A stretch of 64,000 nt of DNA from Thermoplasmata archaeon (lineage in GTDB: Archaea; Thermoplasmatota; Thermoplasmata; Lutacidiplasmatales; UBA184), in assembly GCA_035656275.1 (NCBI GenBank), contig DASRSW010000062.1:986-64985 (forward strand). The letters are read 5' to 3'. Shown here piece by piece: positions 47,867-60,473 of this stretch. Each line of letters opens with the position of its first letter. The stretch's first letter is position 1. The notes beneath the pieces were generated by a model. That model saw only the letters and a list, made by a program, of their open reading frames with translations, ran no database searches and had not been told where the DNA came from. The position numbers and the translations under genes were made by a program.

Positions 47867-48897
47867 CCCCGCCCCCCCGTCGCGCAATCGTCGCCACGTG
47901 GTACGGCGCGTTCCTGTTGGAGGGGGGAGAGGTTCGGCGTTCCGAACTGTCGCCCACGGAGCCCGCGGAGCTCTTCGCCCGAGCCAAGACCCGGCTCGGT
48001 GGGGGCCTCACCGAAGAAGAGCACCGACTTCTCGAGGGAGTACCTCGGGAGGGTCTGGTGAGCCGAGACCGACGGTTCGAATCCGAAGGGGTCCGCTGGG
48101 CGCCGGTCGCGGCCGACGCCCCGGCCGCGGAAGGGCTGGGCTTCGCGGCAGCCCTCCACCGTGAGGTGCTCCTGGCCTCTGCGGCCGAGGCGCTGCGCAG
48201 CGCATGGGACCCCTCCATCCACGTGGAAGAGGCCGTCCGGGCCTCGGCCGACCTCGACCGGGTGCTGAATCTCGTGGCGGAGCGCCTGACCGGGTGGGCG
48301 GGACGGGATGCGATCGTCACCGACCTTGCGCTCTCCGATGACCCCCGACGCGTCGCCCGGGAGATCGTCGACGGCTCCTGGGGGTCCGCTTCCGAGCTCC
48401 CGCGCCTGGACGCGGCGCTTACCGAGGGGCGACGCGCGCTGGCACGGCTCTACCTAGAGGCGCTTTCCGCCCGGGACGCCCTGGACGCCGCGGTCGTGGC
48501 GACGCTTCCGCGCCGCGCACCGAACCTGTCGGCCCTTTTGGGACCCGACCTCGCCGCCCGGCTGATCAGCCACGCCGGCGGCCTCGAACGCCTCGCGCGT
48601 CTCCCCGCGAGCACCGTGCAGGTGCTGGGGGCCGAGCGGGCCTTCTTCGAGCATCTCCGGGGGCGGGGCAGCTCTCCGCGCCACGGTCTGCTGTTCCTGC
48701 ACCCGAAGGTGCAGTCCGCCCGGCGGCCGGAACGCGGCAAGCTGGCCCGCGCCTTAGCCGGAAAGACCTCCATCGCCGCCCGGCTGGACTTCGCCGGTGC
48801 GGCCCTTAGGCCCGAGCTCGCTGCCTCCTTCGAGGCGCGCGCCAAGGCGATCCGCGCAAGCCCCCGGTCCCGGGAGCGCGGGCGAAAGGCCCCCTAG
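47863..48897 (+). CDS. nop5: Nop5 (Nop56/58 homolog, C/D box sRNP protein)
   Basis: Nop domain pattern LLGPDLAARLISHAGGLERLARLPASTVQVLGAERAFF...HPKV...RGKLARALAGKTSIAARLD. GTG start overlapping the SDR stop. Confidence 0.75.
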   Translation: MTPPPRRAIVATWYGAFLLEGGEVRRSELSPTEPAELFARAKTRLGGGLTEEEHRLLEGVPREGLVSRDRRFESEGVRWAPVAADAPAAEGLGFAAALHREVLLASAAEALRSAWDPSIHVEEAVRASADLDRVLNLVAERLTGWAGRDAIVTDLALSDDPRRVAREIVDGSWGSASELPRLDAALTEGRRALARLYLEALSARDALDAAVVATLPRRAPNLSALLGPDLAARLISHAGGLERLARLPASTVQVLGAERAFFEHLRGRGSSPRHGLLFLHPKVQSARRPERGKLARALAGKTSIAARLDFAGAALRPELAASFEARAKAIRASPRSRERGRKAP

Positions 48898-49445
48898 GGC
48901 TTCCACTTGACCGAGCAGCCCAGCACGGGCAGTTCGGACTCGGCGATCGCACGCCCGTCGAGCGCCGCGTCCAGGGCTTCCACGAGGGATCGTCGATGGA
49001 CGGCCCCGGGGTCCCGGTGATTGTCGTCGATGCGCCCCTGGTAGAGGAGGCGTCGGTCGGGACCGAACAGCATCGGGTGGGGCGTCACCAGGGCCCCGTA
49101 GGAATGGGCGACCTGCTGGCTCTCATCGCGCAAGTACGGGAACGGATACCCTTTCTCCCGCGCCCGTTCGACCATCCGCTCGAAGCGGTCGTCAGGGTAG
49201 GCCTCGTCGTCATTCGGGTTGATGAGCACGACCTGGACCCCTTTCGGCCCGTAGCGGCGGCCGATGTCGATCATCCGCTCCTCCCACGCCTGGACATACG
49301 GACAGTGGTTGCACCAGAACACGACCAGGAGGAAGCGGGAAGCTGCGAAGTCGGGAAGGCTGTGCGTCTCTCCATCGACGCCCGGCAGCGAGAACGGCGG
49401 GGCACGCGACCCGGGATGCAGCGAGTACGTCGAGAGTTCGGCCAT
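48894..49445 (-). CDS. Thioredoxin-fold redoxin (AhpC/TSA-like thiol-disulfide oxidoreductase)
   Basis: FLLVVFWCNHCPY motif. Start trimmed to MAELSTYS. Confidence 0.75.
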   Translation of the reverse strand: MAELSTYSLHPGSRAPPFSLPGVDGETHSLPDFAASRFLLVVFWCNHCPYVQAWEERMIDIGRRYGPKGVQVVLINPNDDEAYPDDRFERMVERAREKGYPFPYLRDESQQVAHSYGALVTPHPMLFGPDRRLLYQGRIDDNHRDPGAVHRRSLVEALDAALDGRAIAESELPVLGCSVKWKP

Positions 49446-49532
49446 CGTTCTCCCGTCTGGCGAGGGGAGCCTTAGCGTTTCCGAAGCGGGGGAGAGGGTT
49501 TTCCGCCGGTCGCCCCCTGGGGAGGTGGGGCC

Positions 49533-50195
49533 GTGTATCGGGTTCGCGAGGAGGGGTGGCTCGACGCCGCCGAGAACCTGCGGCGGGACGAGGCGCTCCT
49601 GGCCCAGGGCTCGCCCGCCGCTAGAGTCGCCCGGCTGAGGGGCCCGGTCGTTTCCCTGGGGGTGGCTCAGCCCGCCGGGTCCCTGGTCTACGGGCGGGCC
49701 GAGAGGGAGGGGCTTCCGTTGGTCCGTCGCAGGTCCGGGGGAACCGGGCTCCTCCACCTGGAGGGGGACCTGGTCTGGTCGGTCGTCCTGCCTCGACCGG
49801 ACCCTCGCGTGGGACGCGATTATTCCCGCGCGTACGCGCGGCTGGGGGATCCCCTCGTGACCACCCTCCGCGGATTCAGAATTGCCGCGGCGTGGTCCCC
49901 CCCGATCGGGGTGTCGACCGAATTCTGTCTCCTCGCCCCGCGGGGGCAGGCCCTCTGCGTCGGCGAGAGGGTCCTCGGGGGAGCCGCGCAGCATGTGACG
50001 CATCGGGCGCTGCTCCACCACGGCACGCTCAGCGTGCGGGTCGACCGCCCCCGGCTCTCCACCCTTTTCGCGGTCGCACCGAGCATCCTGGAGCGCCACG
50101 TGACCGCTCTTTCCGAGTTGTCCGGGGCTCCCGAAGCGGAAGTCGTGGCCACGACGCTACGGGCCAACCTAGAATCTTGGCTAGGCCCGCCTTAG
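49533..50195 (+). CDS. Lipoate/octanoate-protein ligase family protein (BPL_LplA_LipB domain)
   Basis: RRSGGTGLLH...GDLVWSVV pattern. Confidence 0.7.
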   Translation: MYRVREEGWLDAAENLRRDEALLAQGSPAARVARLRGPVVSLGVAQPAGSLVYGRAEREGLPLVRRRSGGTGLLHLEGDLVWSVVLPRPDPRVGRDYSRAYARLGDPLVTTLRGFRIAAAWSPPIGVSTEFCLLAPRGQALCVGERVLGGAAQHVTHRALLHHGTLSVRVDRPRLSTLFAVAPSILERHVTALSELSGAPEAEVVATTLRANLESWLGPP

Positions 50196-51505
50196 CGCGG
50201 CGCGCTGGGACGGGCGGCCCAAAGCGCCTCGGCGGCGGTCTCGGCGCGCTCGCGCAGATCCTTCCAATCGGCCCGAACGAGGTGCCGGTGCTCCACCACG
50301 GGGCTCCCGTCCACGTAGACCGCGTCGACGGCTTCCTCGCTCATCGCGTACGCCACGTGTGACACGATCGCCTCCGGACGGGCCGGAACGAGGGTGGGGT
50401 GGTCGAGCCGGGCGAGGAGGAGGTCTGCCCGCTTCCCGACCTCGAGCGAGCCGATCTCCTGCTCCGCCCCGAGGATCCGCGCCCCCTCGATCGTCGCGAG
50501 GTCGAGGAGCACGGGGGCGGGAAGCGCCGCCGCATCCCAGCGGTGGTGCTTCTGCAGCAGGCCCGCGACGTGCATCTCCCGCAGCATCGAGAGCGCATTG
50601 TTCGACGCGACGGAATCGGTGCCGAGGCCGACCCGGGCACCGGCGTCCCTCAGCTCCACGACAGGGGCAACGCCGCCCGTCGCGAGCTTCAGGTTCGAGC
50701 TCGGGCAGTGGGCGACGCCCACCTTCCGCTCCGCGAGGAGCTGGATCTCCCGGCGGGTGAGCCAGACCCCGTGGGCCGCCACCTGGCCGGGTCCCAGAAA
50801 TCCGATCGACTCGAGCCAGATCGCCGGTCGCTCCCCGGTCTTCGCCTCGTGCTCGTGCACCTCGCGCCGGGTCTCCGAAAGATGGTAGTGGACGAGGGTG
50901 CCGGACCGCTCCGCGAGCTCCTTCGCGCCGAGCCAGGTCTCCCGGCCACAGACGTAGACGCCCTGGGGCGCGACCAGCGGGTGGACCCGATCATCGCTCT
51001 TCCAGCGCTCGAGGAAGCCCCGCGCATTGTCGAGGGGCCGGCCCTTCTGCGTCGTGAGCTCGGGGTCGAGGACGGCCCATCCGAGGTAGCCGCGGATCCC
51101 GAGGGTGCGGACGGCGCGGGCGACGGCATCCTCCCCGTAGTAGAGGTCGAGGAACGTCGTCGTCCCCGAGAGGAGCATTTCCGCAATGCCCGCGGCCGCA
51201 CCGGCCTCGATGTCCGCCTCCGTGCGGCGCGCGTCGACGGCGAACAGCGTCTCCAGGAACCCGGCCAGGTCCCGGTCGTCCGCGATCCCTCTCAGGAGCG
51301 ACATCGCCACGTGCGCGTGCGTGTTGACGAACCCCGGGAGGAGGGCGTACCCCTCCGCCTCCACCACCTGGGCGCCCTCCGTGGGCGCGTGCCCGCCGAC
51401 GTGCGTGATCCGGTGGCCGTCGACGCGAAGGTCCCCGCGCACGACGCGGCGGGCGGGGTCCTGGGTGACGAGGAGCCCGCCCCGGAAGACCGTCGAGGAC
51501 GTCAT
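50192..51505 (-). CDS. Amidohydrolase, MtaD/SAH-deaminase (chlorohydrolase) family
   Basis: PGFVNTHAHVAMSLLRG metal-binding motif. About 430 aa. Confidence 0.8.
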   Translation of the reverse strand: MTSSTVFRGGLLVTQDPARRVVRGDLRVDGHRITHVGGHAPTEGAQVVEAEGYALLPGFVNTHAHVAMSLLRGIADDRDLAGFLETLFAVDARRTEADIEAGAAAGIAEMLLSGTTTFLDLYYGEDAVARAVRTLGIRGYLGWAVLDPELTTQKGRPLDNARGFLERWKSDDRVHPLVAPQGVYVCGRETWLGAKELAERSGTLVHYHLSETRREVHEHEAKTGERPAIWLESIGFLGPGQVAAHGVWLTRREIQLLAERKVGVAHCPSSNLKLATGGVAPVVELRDAGARVGLGTDSVASNNALSMLREMHVAGLLQKHHRWDAAALPAPVLLDLATIEGARILGAEQEIGSLEVGKRADLLLARLDHPTLVPARPEAIVSHVAYAMSEEAVDAVYVDGSPVVEHRHLVRADWKDLRERAETAAEALWAARPSAPR

Positions 51506-51532
51506 CGCCGACGCGGGCGAGTCGGGGTGGGA

Positions 51533-52492
51533 CTAAAGACGTTGCGACTCGCGGGGCGGCTCGCCCGACGGAACGTCCGGTTCCATCTCGGGAAGGTCGC
51601 GGACCCCCTCCGAGGCCCGGGCCTCGTAGGCGGGCAGCCCCGCGAGGATCGTGCGCACCCATCGGGGACGCAGCACCAGGGCCAAGGGCACCATGGCGGT
51701 CGTCACCAGGACGAGGTCGACGACCACCCCCGGCACCCACGACGCCGACGGCATCCCGAGGATGGTGGCCGCCGTGTTGGGAAACAGGACCACCGCGCTC
51801 ACGAGGCCGAGGAGAAGCGCGATGTAGGTGAGCCCCAGCATGCGGATGTTCGAGATGTTCGCGAGCGCCGCGATCCGATTGGAGACCTTCGAGAGCCGGT
51901 TCGCCGCCTCCGCGATCCGGTTGGATTCCTCCGCGTTTCTCAGCAGGATGAGGTCCGAGAGCGACTGCTGGAGGTTCGCGCACAGCTGCTGCACCCGCCC
52001 CAGCTCGCCCTCAAGGGAGGGAAGCGCGGCGGAGAGCCCCGGGAAGGCGGCCCCGAACGGGCCCGCGAGCTCGGCGAGGGCGACCAGGCTGCGGCCGATC
52101 TGGGCGCGCAGCAGCGCGGCCCGCCGTTGGAGCCGCCAGACGTCGGGGAGGGGGACGGTGCGTCCGCGCTGCTGCGCCTCGCTCAGCTGCTGGTCCAGCT
52201 CCTCGATGCGCTCGAGGTAGTTCCGGGCGACGTCGACGATCGTGTCGAAGAGCTGGGCCGCGGGACCCGTGAGGCGATGGCTGCGGGAGGCGCCGTGGCT
52301 CTCGGCGGGGACCCCCAGGAACTGGAGGCCGGAAGGAGTGATCCACACCCCGCTCCAGAGGAGGCCCCCATCCGCGGCCGGTCGGCCGAAGGTGACGAGC
52401 GTCTCCCCGTTGCCGTGGAGGACCGGGTGGCGGACGACGTCCGCTTCCGAGCGACCCACCGCCGCGAGGGCGGGGACGAGGGAGGAGGCCAT
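51533..52492 (-). CDS. CorA-like divalent cation transporter (GMP variant of the GMN loop)
   Basis: Cytoplasmic helical domain plus two C-terminal TM helices flanking ILGMPSASW. Confidence 0.6.
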   Translation of the reverse strand: MASSLVPALAAVGRSEADVVRHPVLHGNGETLVTFGRPAADGGLLWSGVWITPSGLQFLGVPAESHGASRSHRLTGPAAQLFDTIVDVARNYLERIEELDQQLSEAQQRGRTVPLPDVWRLQRRAALLRAQIGRSLVALAELAGPFGAAFPGLSAALPSLEGELGRVQQLCANLQQSLSDLILLRNAEESNRIAEAANRLSKVSNRIAALANISNIRMLGLTYIALLLGLVSAVVLFPNTAATILGMPSASWVPGVVVDLVLVTTAMVPLALVLRPRWVRTILAGLPAYEARASEGVRDLPEMEPDVPSGEPPRESQRL

Positions 52493-52514
52493 TGCGCCCG
52501 GGTTCTCCGATCCC

Positions 52515-55242
<2,728 letters not shown>

Positions 55243-55254
55243 AAGGGAACGAAG

Positions 55255-56562
55255 ATGGAACGATCGTCCGAGATCTCCGGGTTCTACAAGCGAAGCGTCG
55301 AGGAGCGCCGCCAGGTCGTCCGCGAGTGGGCCGGCATCACCGAGGAGGAGGCCCGGGTCTACGACTTTCCGCCCGGGATCGACCCCACGATCCTCAATCG
55401 CATGATCGAGAACGTCGTCGGGGCATTCGCCCTACCGCTGGGCATCGCCACCCATTTCCGGATCAACGGGAAAGACTACCTCATCCCCATGGCCATCGAG
55501 GAGCCGAGCGTCGTGGCCGCCGCCTCGAACGCGGCCAAGGTGGCACGCGCGGCCGGGGGGTTTACGGCGCAGACCACGGCCCCGATCATGATCGGGCAAA
55601 TCCAGGTCATGGACGTGCCCGACCCCGCCGCGGCTCGGCTGCGAATCCTCGCGGAATGCGACCGCCTCCTTGAGGCGGCGAACACAAAGGACCCGATGCT
55701 GGTCAAGTTCGGAGGAGGCGCCCGAGACCTCGAGGTCCGAGTCCTGGCCTCTCCCCGGGGTCCGATCCTCGTCGCCCACCTCCTCGTCGATGCCCGCGAC
55801 GCGGGGGGGATGAACGCCGTGAACACCATGTGCGAGGCCTTGGCCCCGGAGGTCGCCCGGCTGGCCGGCGGTCGCTCCGTGCTCCGCATCATCTCGAACC
55901 TCGCCGTCTACCGGCTTGCCCGCGCTTCGGCCACGTTCCCGCGCGCGGCGCTTGCGACGCCCGAGGCGACGGGGGAGCAGGTCGTGGAGGCCGTGCTGGA
56001 CGCGTACACGCTCGCCGCCGTGGACCCGTTCCGCTGCGCGACGCACAACAAAGGAATCATGAACGGGATCTCCGCCGTCGTCGTGGCGACGGGGAACGAT
56101 TTCCGCGCCATCGAGAGCGGGGCGCACACCTACGCCGCCTTCCAGGCCCGCGAGGGGGGTGTCGTGAAACCGCTGACGACCTACGAGAAGAACCGGAATG
56201 GGGACCTGGTGGGCACGATCGAGCTTCCCATCGCGGTCGGGCTCATCGGCGGGGCGACGGCCGTCCACCCGACGGCGAAGGCGAACGTGAAGCTCCTGGG
56301 CGTCAAGGGCGCACAGGAGCTCGCCCAGGTCCTCGCCGCCGTCGGCCTCGCCCAGAACTTCTCCGCGCTGCGCGCGCTCGTCACGGAAGGGATCCAGCGG
56401 GGGCATATGGAACTCCACGCGCGGAACATCGCCGCCACGGCCGGGGCCAAACCCGAGGAGGTCGATGCCGTGGTCGCGCGTCTCGTGGCGGAGCACGCGA
56501 TCCGCATCGACCGGGCCCGGGAGATCCTGGGCGAGCTTCGCCAGGCCGCCGCCACCCGATGA
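55255..56562 (+). CDS. hmgA: HMG-CoA reductase (class II-like)
   Basis: ENVVGAFALPLGIATHFRINGKDYLIPMAIEEPSVVAAASNAAK and DAGGMNAVNTM motifs. Confidence 0.9.
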   Translation: MERSSEISGFYKRSVEERRQVVREWAGITEEEARVYDFPPGIDPTILNRMIENVVGAFALPLGIATHFRINGKDYLIPMAIEEPSVVAAASNAAKVARAAGGFTAQTTAPIMIGQIQVMDVPDPAAARLRILAECDRLLEAANTKDPMLVKFGGGARDLEVRVLASPRGPILVAHLLVDARDAGGMNAVNTMCEALAPEVARLAGGRSVLRIISNLAVYRLARASATFPRAALATPEATGEQVVEAVLDAYTLAAVDPFRCATHNKGIMNGISAVVVATGNDFRAIESGAHTYAAFQAREGGVVKPLTTYEKNRNGDLVGTIELPIAVGLIGGATAVHPTAKANVKLLGVKGAQELAQVLAAVGLAQNFSALRALVTEGIQRGHMELHARNIAATAGAKPEEVDAVVARLVAEHAIRIDRAREILGELRQAAATR

Positions 56563-57221
56563 AGGTCGGGGTCCTCGCCCTCCAGGGGGACGTACCGGAA
56601 CATGTGGCCGCGCTCCGCCACCTGCTCCCCCCGGAATCCGTCGTACCGGTACGGACGGTCTCCGACCTCGACCGGGTCGTTGCCCTCTTCCTACCGGGGG
56701 GCGAGAGCACCACCATCGGCCGGCTCCTCGAACACGCGGGGCTCGACACCGCGCTGCGCGAGCGGGGCTCGAAGGGGTTCCCCATCCTCGCGACGTGCGC
56801 GGGGCTCATCCTGATCTCCGGGGAGCTCGAGCCCAGCCCCGGCGGGCGCGACCCGCACCCCCTGGGACTGCTCGACGTCCGGGTGCGACGCAACGACTAC
56901 GGGCGACAGCGGGAGTCGTTCGAAGGGCCGGTCACGGTGAGCGGCCTCGACACCCCCTTTCCCGGGGTCTTCATCCGCGCCCCGCGCATCCTCAAGGTCG
57001 GCCCGGGGGCCCAGCCGCTCGCCCTCCACGGAGAGGAGGTCGTCGGGGTCCGGCAAGGGCATCTCTGGGGCCTGACGTTCCACCCCGAACTCTCCGGCGA
57101 CCCCCGGTTGCACGCGCTCTTCCTCGCGGAGACGCTCGGCTTCCTTCAGCCGGCTACGGCGAGGGCGAAGAGCACAGCCACCAGCAGCAGGGCGACCCCG
57201 ACCAGGACGGCGAGCCAGTAG
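56559..57221 (+). CDS. pdxT: Pyridoxal 5'-phosphate synthase glutaminase subunit PdxT
   Basis: MKVGVLALQGDVPEH..., catalytic ATCAGLIL, FHPEL. A 4-nt overlap with hmgA. Confidence 0.85.
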   Translation: MKVGVLALQGDVPEHVAALRHLLPPESVVPVRTVSDLDRVVALFLPGGESTTIGRLLEHAGLDTALRERGSKGFPILATCAGLILISGELEPSPGGRDPHPLGLLDVRVRRNDYGRQRESFEGPVTVSGLDTPFPGVFIRAPRILKVGPGAQPLALHGEEVVGVRQGHLWGLTFHPELSGDPRLHALFLAETLGFLQPATARAKSTATSSRATPTRTASQ

Positions 57222-57619
57222 ACCGCCCGGGCCGGGTGCTTCCAGCCGCCGAAGAAGAGCGGGAAGGGACCGAGCAGCAGGACTCCGCCCGATCCGCCCG
57301 ACGGGCGGGAGCCGTCGCGCGCGCCTAGCGGGGAACGCGGCGCCGGCGGGCCTTCTTCTTCGGACCTCGAGGCCAACACCAGCGGTAGGCTGAACAATCC
57401 CAGCAGAAGGACGAGAATCCCCAGGAGGAAGAGGGGGGAGCTCCCGCTCACCACGGGAATCACGAGGAACAGCGACAGCGTCGCTTCTCCGCGCACGATC
57501 GCCTCGGCGGTGAGTCCGGCTCCAGCGGCGAGGAGGGCCAGCGGTAGCGCGCGGAGGGGCAGCGACACCGCCCTCGCCGTCCGGCGTTGGGGCAGCGAGG
57601 ACCGCGGGGCCATCCTCAC
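57146..57619 (-). CDS. Hypothetical small membrane protein
   Basis: Three hydrophobic helices. Overlaps the pdxT 3' end convergently, so low confidence. Confidence 0.35.
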   Translation of the reverse strand: MRMAPRSSLPQRRTARAVSLPLRALPLALLAAGAGLTAEAIVRGEATLSLFLVIPVVSGSSPLFLLGILVLLLGLFSLPLVLASRSEEEGPPAPRSPLGARDGSRPSGGSGGVLLLGPFPLFFGGWKHPARAVYWLAVLVGVALLLVAVLFALAVAG

Positions 57620-57633
57620 CCGAACTCACGTCC

Positions 57634-58428
57634 TTACTTCGGACGCCGGGTACCCAGCGGACCCCGTTGCCCCCACCGTCGGCGTTCCCACAGGACGGCG
57701 CCGGCGACGGTCGCACCGCCGACGGCCCACAAGGCCGACGCGATCCACCAGCCGTTGATTGAAGCGACCCCGGGACTTTGATTTGGCTGCGTACCCTCGA
57801 ATCCCCCCGGCCCCTTGGAGGAGAAACTCGGACCCACCTGAGTGATCGGCCCCTGGATCGCACCACTGGTCGCGTTGGCCGACCAGTACTCCTGATAGCT
57901 GCACTCCCCGGACCCCCAGGTCCCGTTGGAGGGGCAGGTGTCGGTCCAGAAGAAGCCGAACGACACGAAGATCGCACCCGTCCGCGTGTTGCCGCCTCCA
58001 CCGAGCGAAAAGTTCTGGACTCCGACGCTCCCCAGCAGCCGGACGAACTCCGGGAGCGGGCAGACCTGGGCGAACAGCTGGGCGACCCGGCCGTCGGTCA
58101 GATTGGGCAAGGGGGGGAACATGGGAGGAATCGTTCCGTTGGTTCCGGGCATCGGAGGTGGACCCCCAGAAAAGTTTGCCTGGCCGGTGGTGCCGTTGGA
58201 CCCGTTAAACGCCGGGAAACCCGGAAAGAACGAGGTGTTGGACGTCACGTTCAGCAGCATCGGGTACACCGCACCGACCTGGTCGCAGGCGGGTACCACC
58301 TCCGGCGCCGCGCCCGCGGAACCGGTACCGGTTGCCATCGCCGTTCCAATCACCGCACAGAACGACAGCGCGAGGACGAGCACGCCCGCCGGGTGCCCCG
58401 CCTCGACGGCCTGGGCCCTACCGAGCAT
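57634..58428 (-). CDS. Secreted glycoprotein with C-terminal TM anchor (archaeal surface protein-like)
   Basis: Signal peptide LVLALSFCAVIGTAMA. More than 10 NxS/T sequons. C-terminal WWIASALWAVGGATVAGAVL anchor plus basic tail. Start trimmed from a 698-aa artefact ORF. Confidence 0.6.
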   Translation of the reverse strand: MLGRAQAVEAGHPAGVLVLALSFCAVIGTAMATGTGSAGAAPEVVPACDQVGAVYPMLLNVTSNTSFFPGFPAFNGSNGTTGQANFSGGPPPMPGTNGTIPPMFPPLPNLTDGRVAQLFAQVCPLPEFVRLLGSVGVQNFSLGGGGNTRTGAIFVSFGFFWTDTCPSNGTWGSGECSYQEYWSANATSGAIQGPITQVGPSFSSKGPGGFEGTQPNQSPGVASINGWWIASALWAVGGATVAGAVLWERRRWGQRGPLGTRRPK

Positions 58429-58490
58429 ACGGCCTCCGTAGGGTCGTAAGGGGCCGCGAGGAATATCAGCCCTCGCTCCGCGTCGCCGTC

Positions 58491-59570
58491 CTATCGGTAC
58501 GTGTCGAATCGATACGGGGCCAGGGGCAACTCCCCGAGGGCCATCAGGAACTCCGGCGGCGTCAATAACGGACGCGGATAGAGGGCGGAATCGTCGAGCG
58601 CGATGCGGGGACAGGCGGTGTTCACGTACGCCTCCATGTCCCGGCCCTCGAGGTCCCGCGGGTCGAGTCGGTCGAAGACGAGGATCTCCGCCTCTCGTCC
58701 TGCTCGCGCCGCCCGGCGCTGCAGCGCGAGCGCCATCGGATGCCGGTCCTGGCCGGCAAAGGACGAAGTGAGGATCCCCCAGCGCCGGGCATCGCGCACC
58801 GACGCCACCAAGAGCTGGCGGCGCCGGATGAGGGCCTCTCGATCGATGGGCTGTTCCAGGAGCTCCTGGAGCGGGTCGAGCGCCCAGACCGGGCGGTCGA
58901 CGGCGAACGCCAGTCCCAGCGGGTGAAACCGTCCCGTACCCACGAACAGGAATGCCTCCACGTCTCGTTGAATCGACTCGGCCGTCGAGTAGTTGCAGCC
59001 GAGGGCCTGGGCGGCGTAGGCCAACCGATGGTCCCCCGTCCCCGTGCGGGGGCGGTACCCGCGTTCCTCGAGGGCGCGGGAGAATTCGGGCAGCAGGTCG
59101 AGGTGCTGGACCGAGGCGACGATCCCGAGGGAGCGAGGGAGACCCGCCCGCTCCACGAGCTCGGCCATGGCTCGCGGGTCGCCCCCCGGCTCTCGCATCT
59201 CCACGAAGAACGTCGGGCGGGTCAGGTGGACGTTCGGAATCGGGGCATGCCCGAGCACGACCGCGAGCTCGGCGCCGGGGGCCTCGGAATCCGAGGGGAA
59301 GTCGCACGCCCCGAAGCAGGCTCGGGTCGCGAGGACGACGGGCTTCGCCGTTGCCTCCCGGATTTGGGCCGCCAGCCGATGGGCATTGCGCGTGAGACCC
59401 GCCGGCACCTGGAGGACCACCTTGCGCGCCGGATGACTCTGGATCGCCTCGAACAGGTCGGCGCCGACAAGGCGAAAGACACGACCCTCGGGGGTCGACG
59501 CGACCGGCGGGCTTGGGGCGTCCAGGATCTGGTCCACAGACTCGGTGGGGGGACCCGGCGGTTCGGTCAT
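58491..59570 (-). CDS. dph2: Diphthamide biosynthesis enzyme Dph2 (2-(3-amino-3-carboxypropyl)histidine synthase)
   Basis: LATRACFGACDF, FLFVGTGRFHPLGLA, YVNTACPRIA. Start trimmed to MTEPPGPP. Confidence 0.8.
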   Translation of the reverse strand: MTEPPGPPTESVDQILDAPSPPVASTPEGRVFRLVGADLFEAIQSHPARKVVLQVPAGLTRNAHRLAAQIREATAKPVVLATRACFGACDFPSDSEAPGAELAVVLGHAPIPNVHLTRPTFFVEMREPGGDPRAMAELVERAGLPRSLGIVASVQHLDLLPEFSRALEERGYRPRTGTGDHRLAYAAQALGCNYSTAESIQRDVEAFLFVGTGRFHPLGLAFAVDRPVWALDPLQELLEQPIDREALIRRRQLLVASVRDARRWGILTSSFAGQDRHPMALALQRRAARAGREAEILVFDRLDPRDLEGRDMEAYVNTACPRIALDDSALYPRPLLTPPEFLMALGELPLAPYRFDTYR

Positions 59571-60058
59571 GGGACCTGACCGGCGCGGTCGCTGACGGCC
59601 GGTGCCCCGAGGCCCGGCTTCGCGGAATCCTTCGAGATGCGCTGACCGAGCCGGCGAAGGGCCTCTTGGTTGTCCGGATAATGGAGCCGTTCGAGGGCGA
59701 CGGCCTGGGGGACCCACGCATAAGCGACATGCTCCGGGCTCAAGCGCGGCGGAGCGGGGTCGGGAAGCTCCACTCCGTACGCGTGGAGCCGCCAGGGGCG
59801 GCCATCCGGACCCGTAAACGGCACGTGCCAGTCGAGCGAGAAGGGATCTTCGTACGTGCGGAACCCCGTTTCTTCCGTAAGCTCGCGCCGCAACGCCGCG
59901 ACAAAGTCGGCGTCCGTCGGCTCGACCTTTCCGCTGACGGGCACCCAGATCGAGCCCCGGGCCGGAGGGCGACGCAGGAGAAGGAAGGAGAGCGGTCGCC
60001 GGACGAACAGGTACCCTTCGACGCACTCCTGGGCGATCGTTCCGGCGCTAGCCGCCAC
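59567..60058 (-). CDS. NUDIX hydrolase
   Basis: Nudix box GKVEPTDADFVAALRRELTEETG. Confidence 0.75.
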   Translation of the reverse strand: MAASAGTIAQECVEGYLFVRRPLSFLLLRRPPARGSIWVPVSGKVEPTDADFVAALRRELTEETGFRTYEDPFSLDWHVPFTGPDGRPWRLHAYGVELPDPAPPRLSPEHVAYAWVPQAVALERLHYPDNQEALRRLGQRISKDSAKPGLGAPAVSDRAGQVP

Positions 60059-60464
60059 CGGACCCCCGCCGTGTCAGCAGATGGAGGATCGCCTCCGCGG
60101 GCGCTCCGTCGGCGGCGCGGAGCGCCGCGAGCGCCTCCTCGCGCTCGACCCCCGCCTGCTCCATCACCAACTGGACGTCCTCCTCGGGCGGTCCCGCGGC
60201 CGCGGGGGGGGCGCTACGGGGGGGTCGTTCGGAGGCCCCTTCGGGCTCCGATCCGCGGGCACGGAGCATCGGTTGACCCACGACCTGGTAGGTGCGAACC
60301 CCCTGCACGGTAAGGATCGTGACCTCGGGACGCTCGAAGACGTGCTCCGTCGTCCGGGTCCGGACGATCACCTCCTCGACATCCTCGACGTTCTCCGTCT
60401 TCATGCCGAGACGGCGCATCATCATCTCCATCTGACGCGCGTTGCGGGGCCCCCCGGGCATCAT
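60048..60464 (-). CDS. Nascent polypeptide-associated complex (NAC) alpha-subunit homolog
   Basis: NAC domain (EVIVRTRTTEHVFERPEVTILTVQGVRTYQVVG) plus C-terminal UBA-like domain. Confidence 0.8.
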   Translation of the reverse strand: MMPGGPRNARQMEMMMRRLGMKTENVEDVEEVIVRTRTTEHVFERPEVTILTVQGVRTYQVVGQPMLRARGSEPEGASERPPRSAPPAAAGPPEEDVQLVMEQAGVEREEALAALRAADGAPAEAILHLLTRRGSGGG

Positions 60465-60473
60465 GTTCCGCTC

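Noticed and set aside
57634-60026. 698-aa and 511-aa minus-strand ORFs
   Set aside because: Their N-terminal parts are low-complexity read-through. Genes were trimmed to the internal starts giving the glycoprotein (58428) and Dph2 (59570). The 809-aa gyrB ORF was likewise trimmed to 54429.
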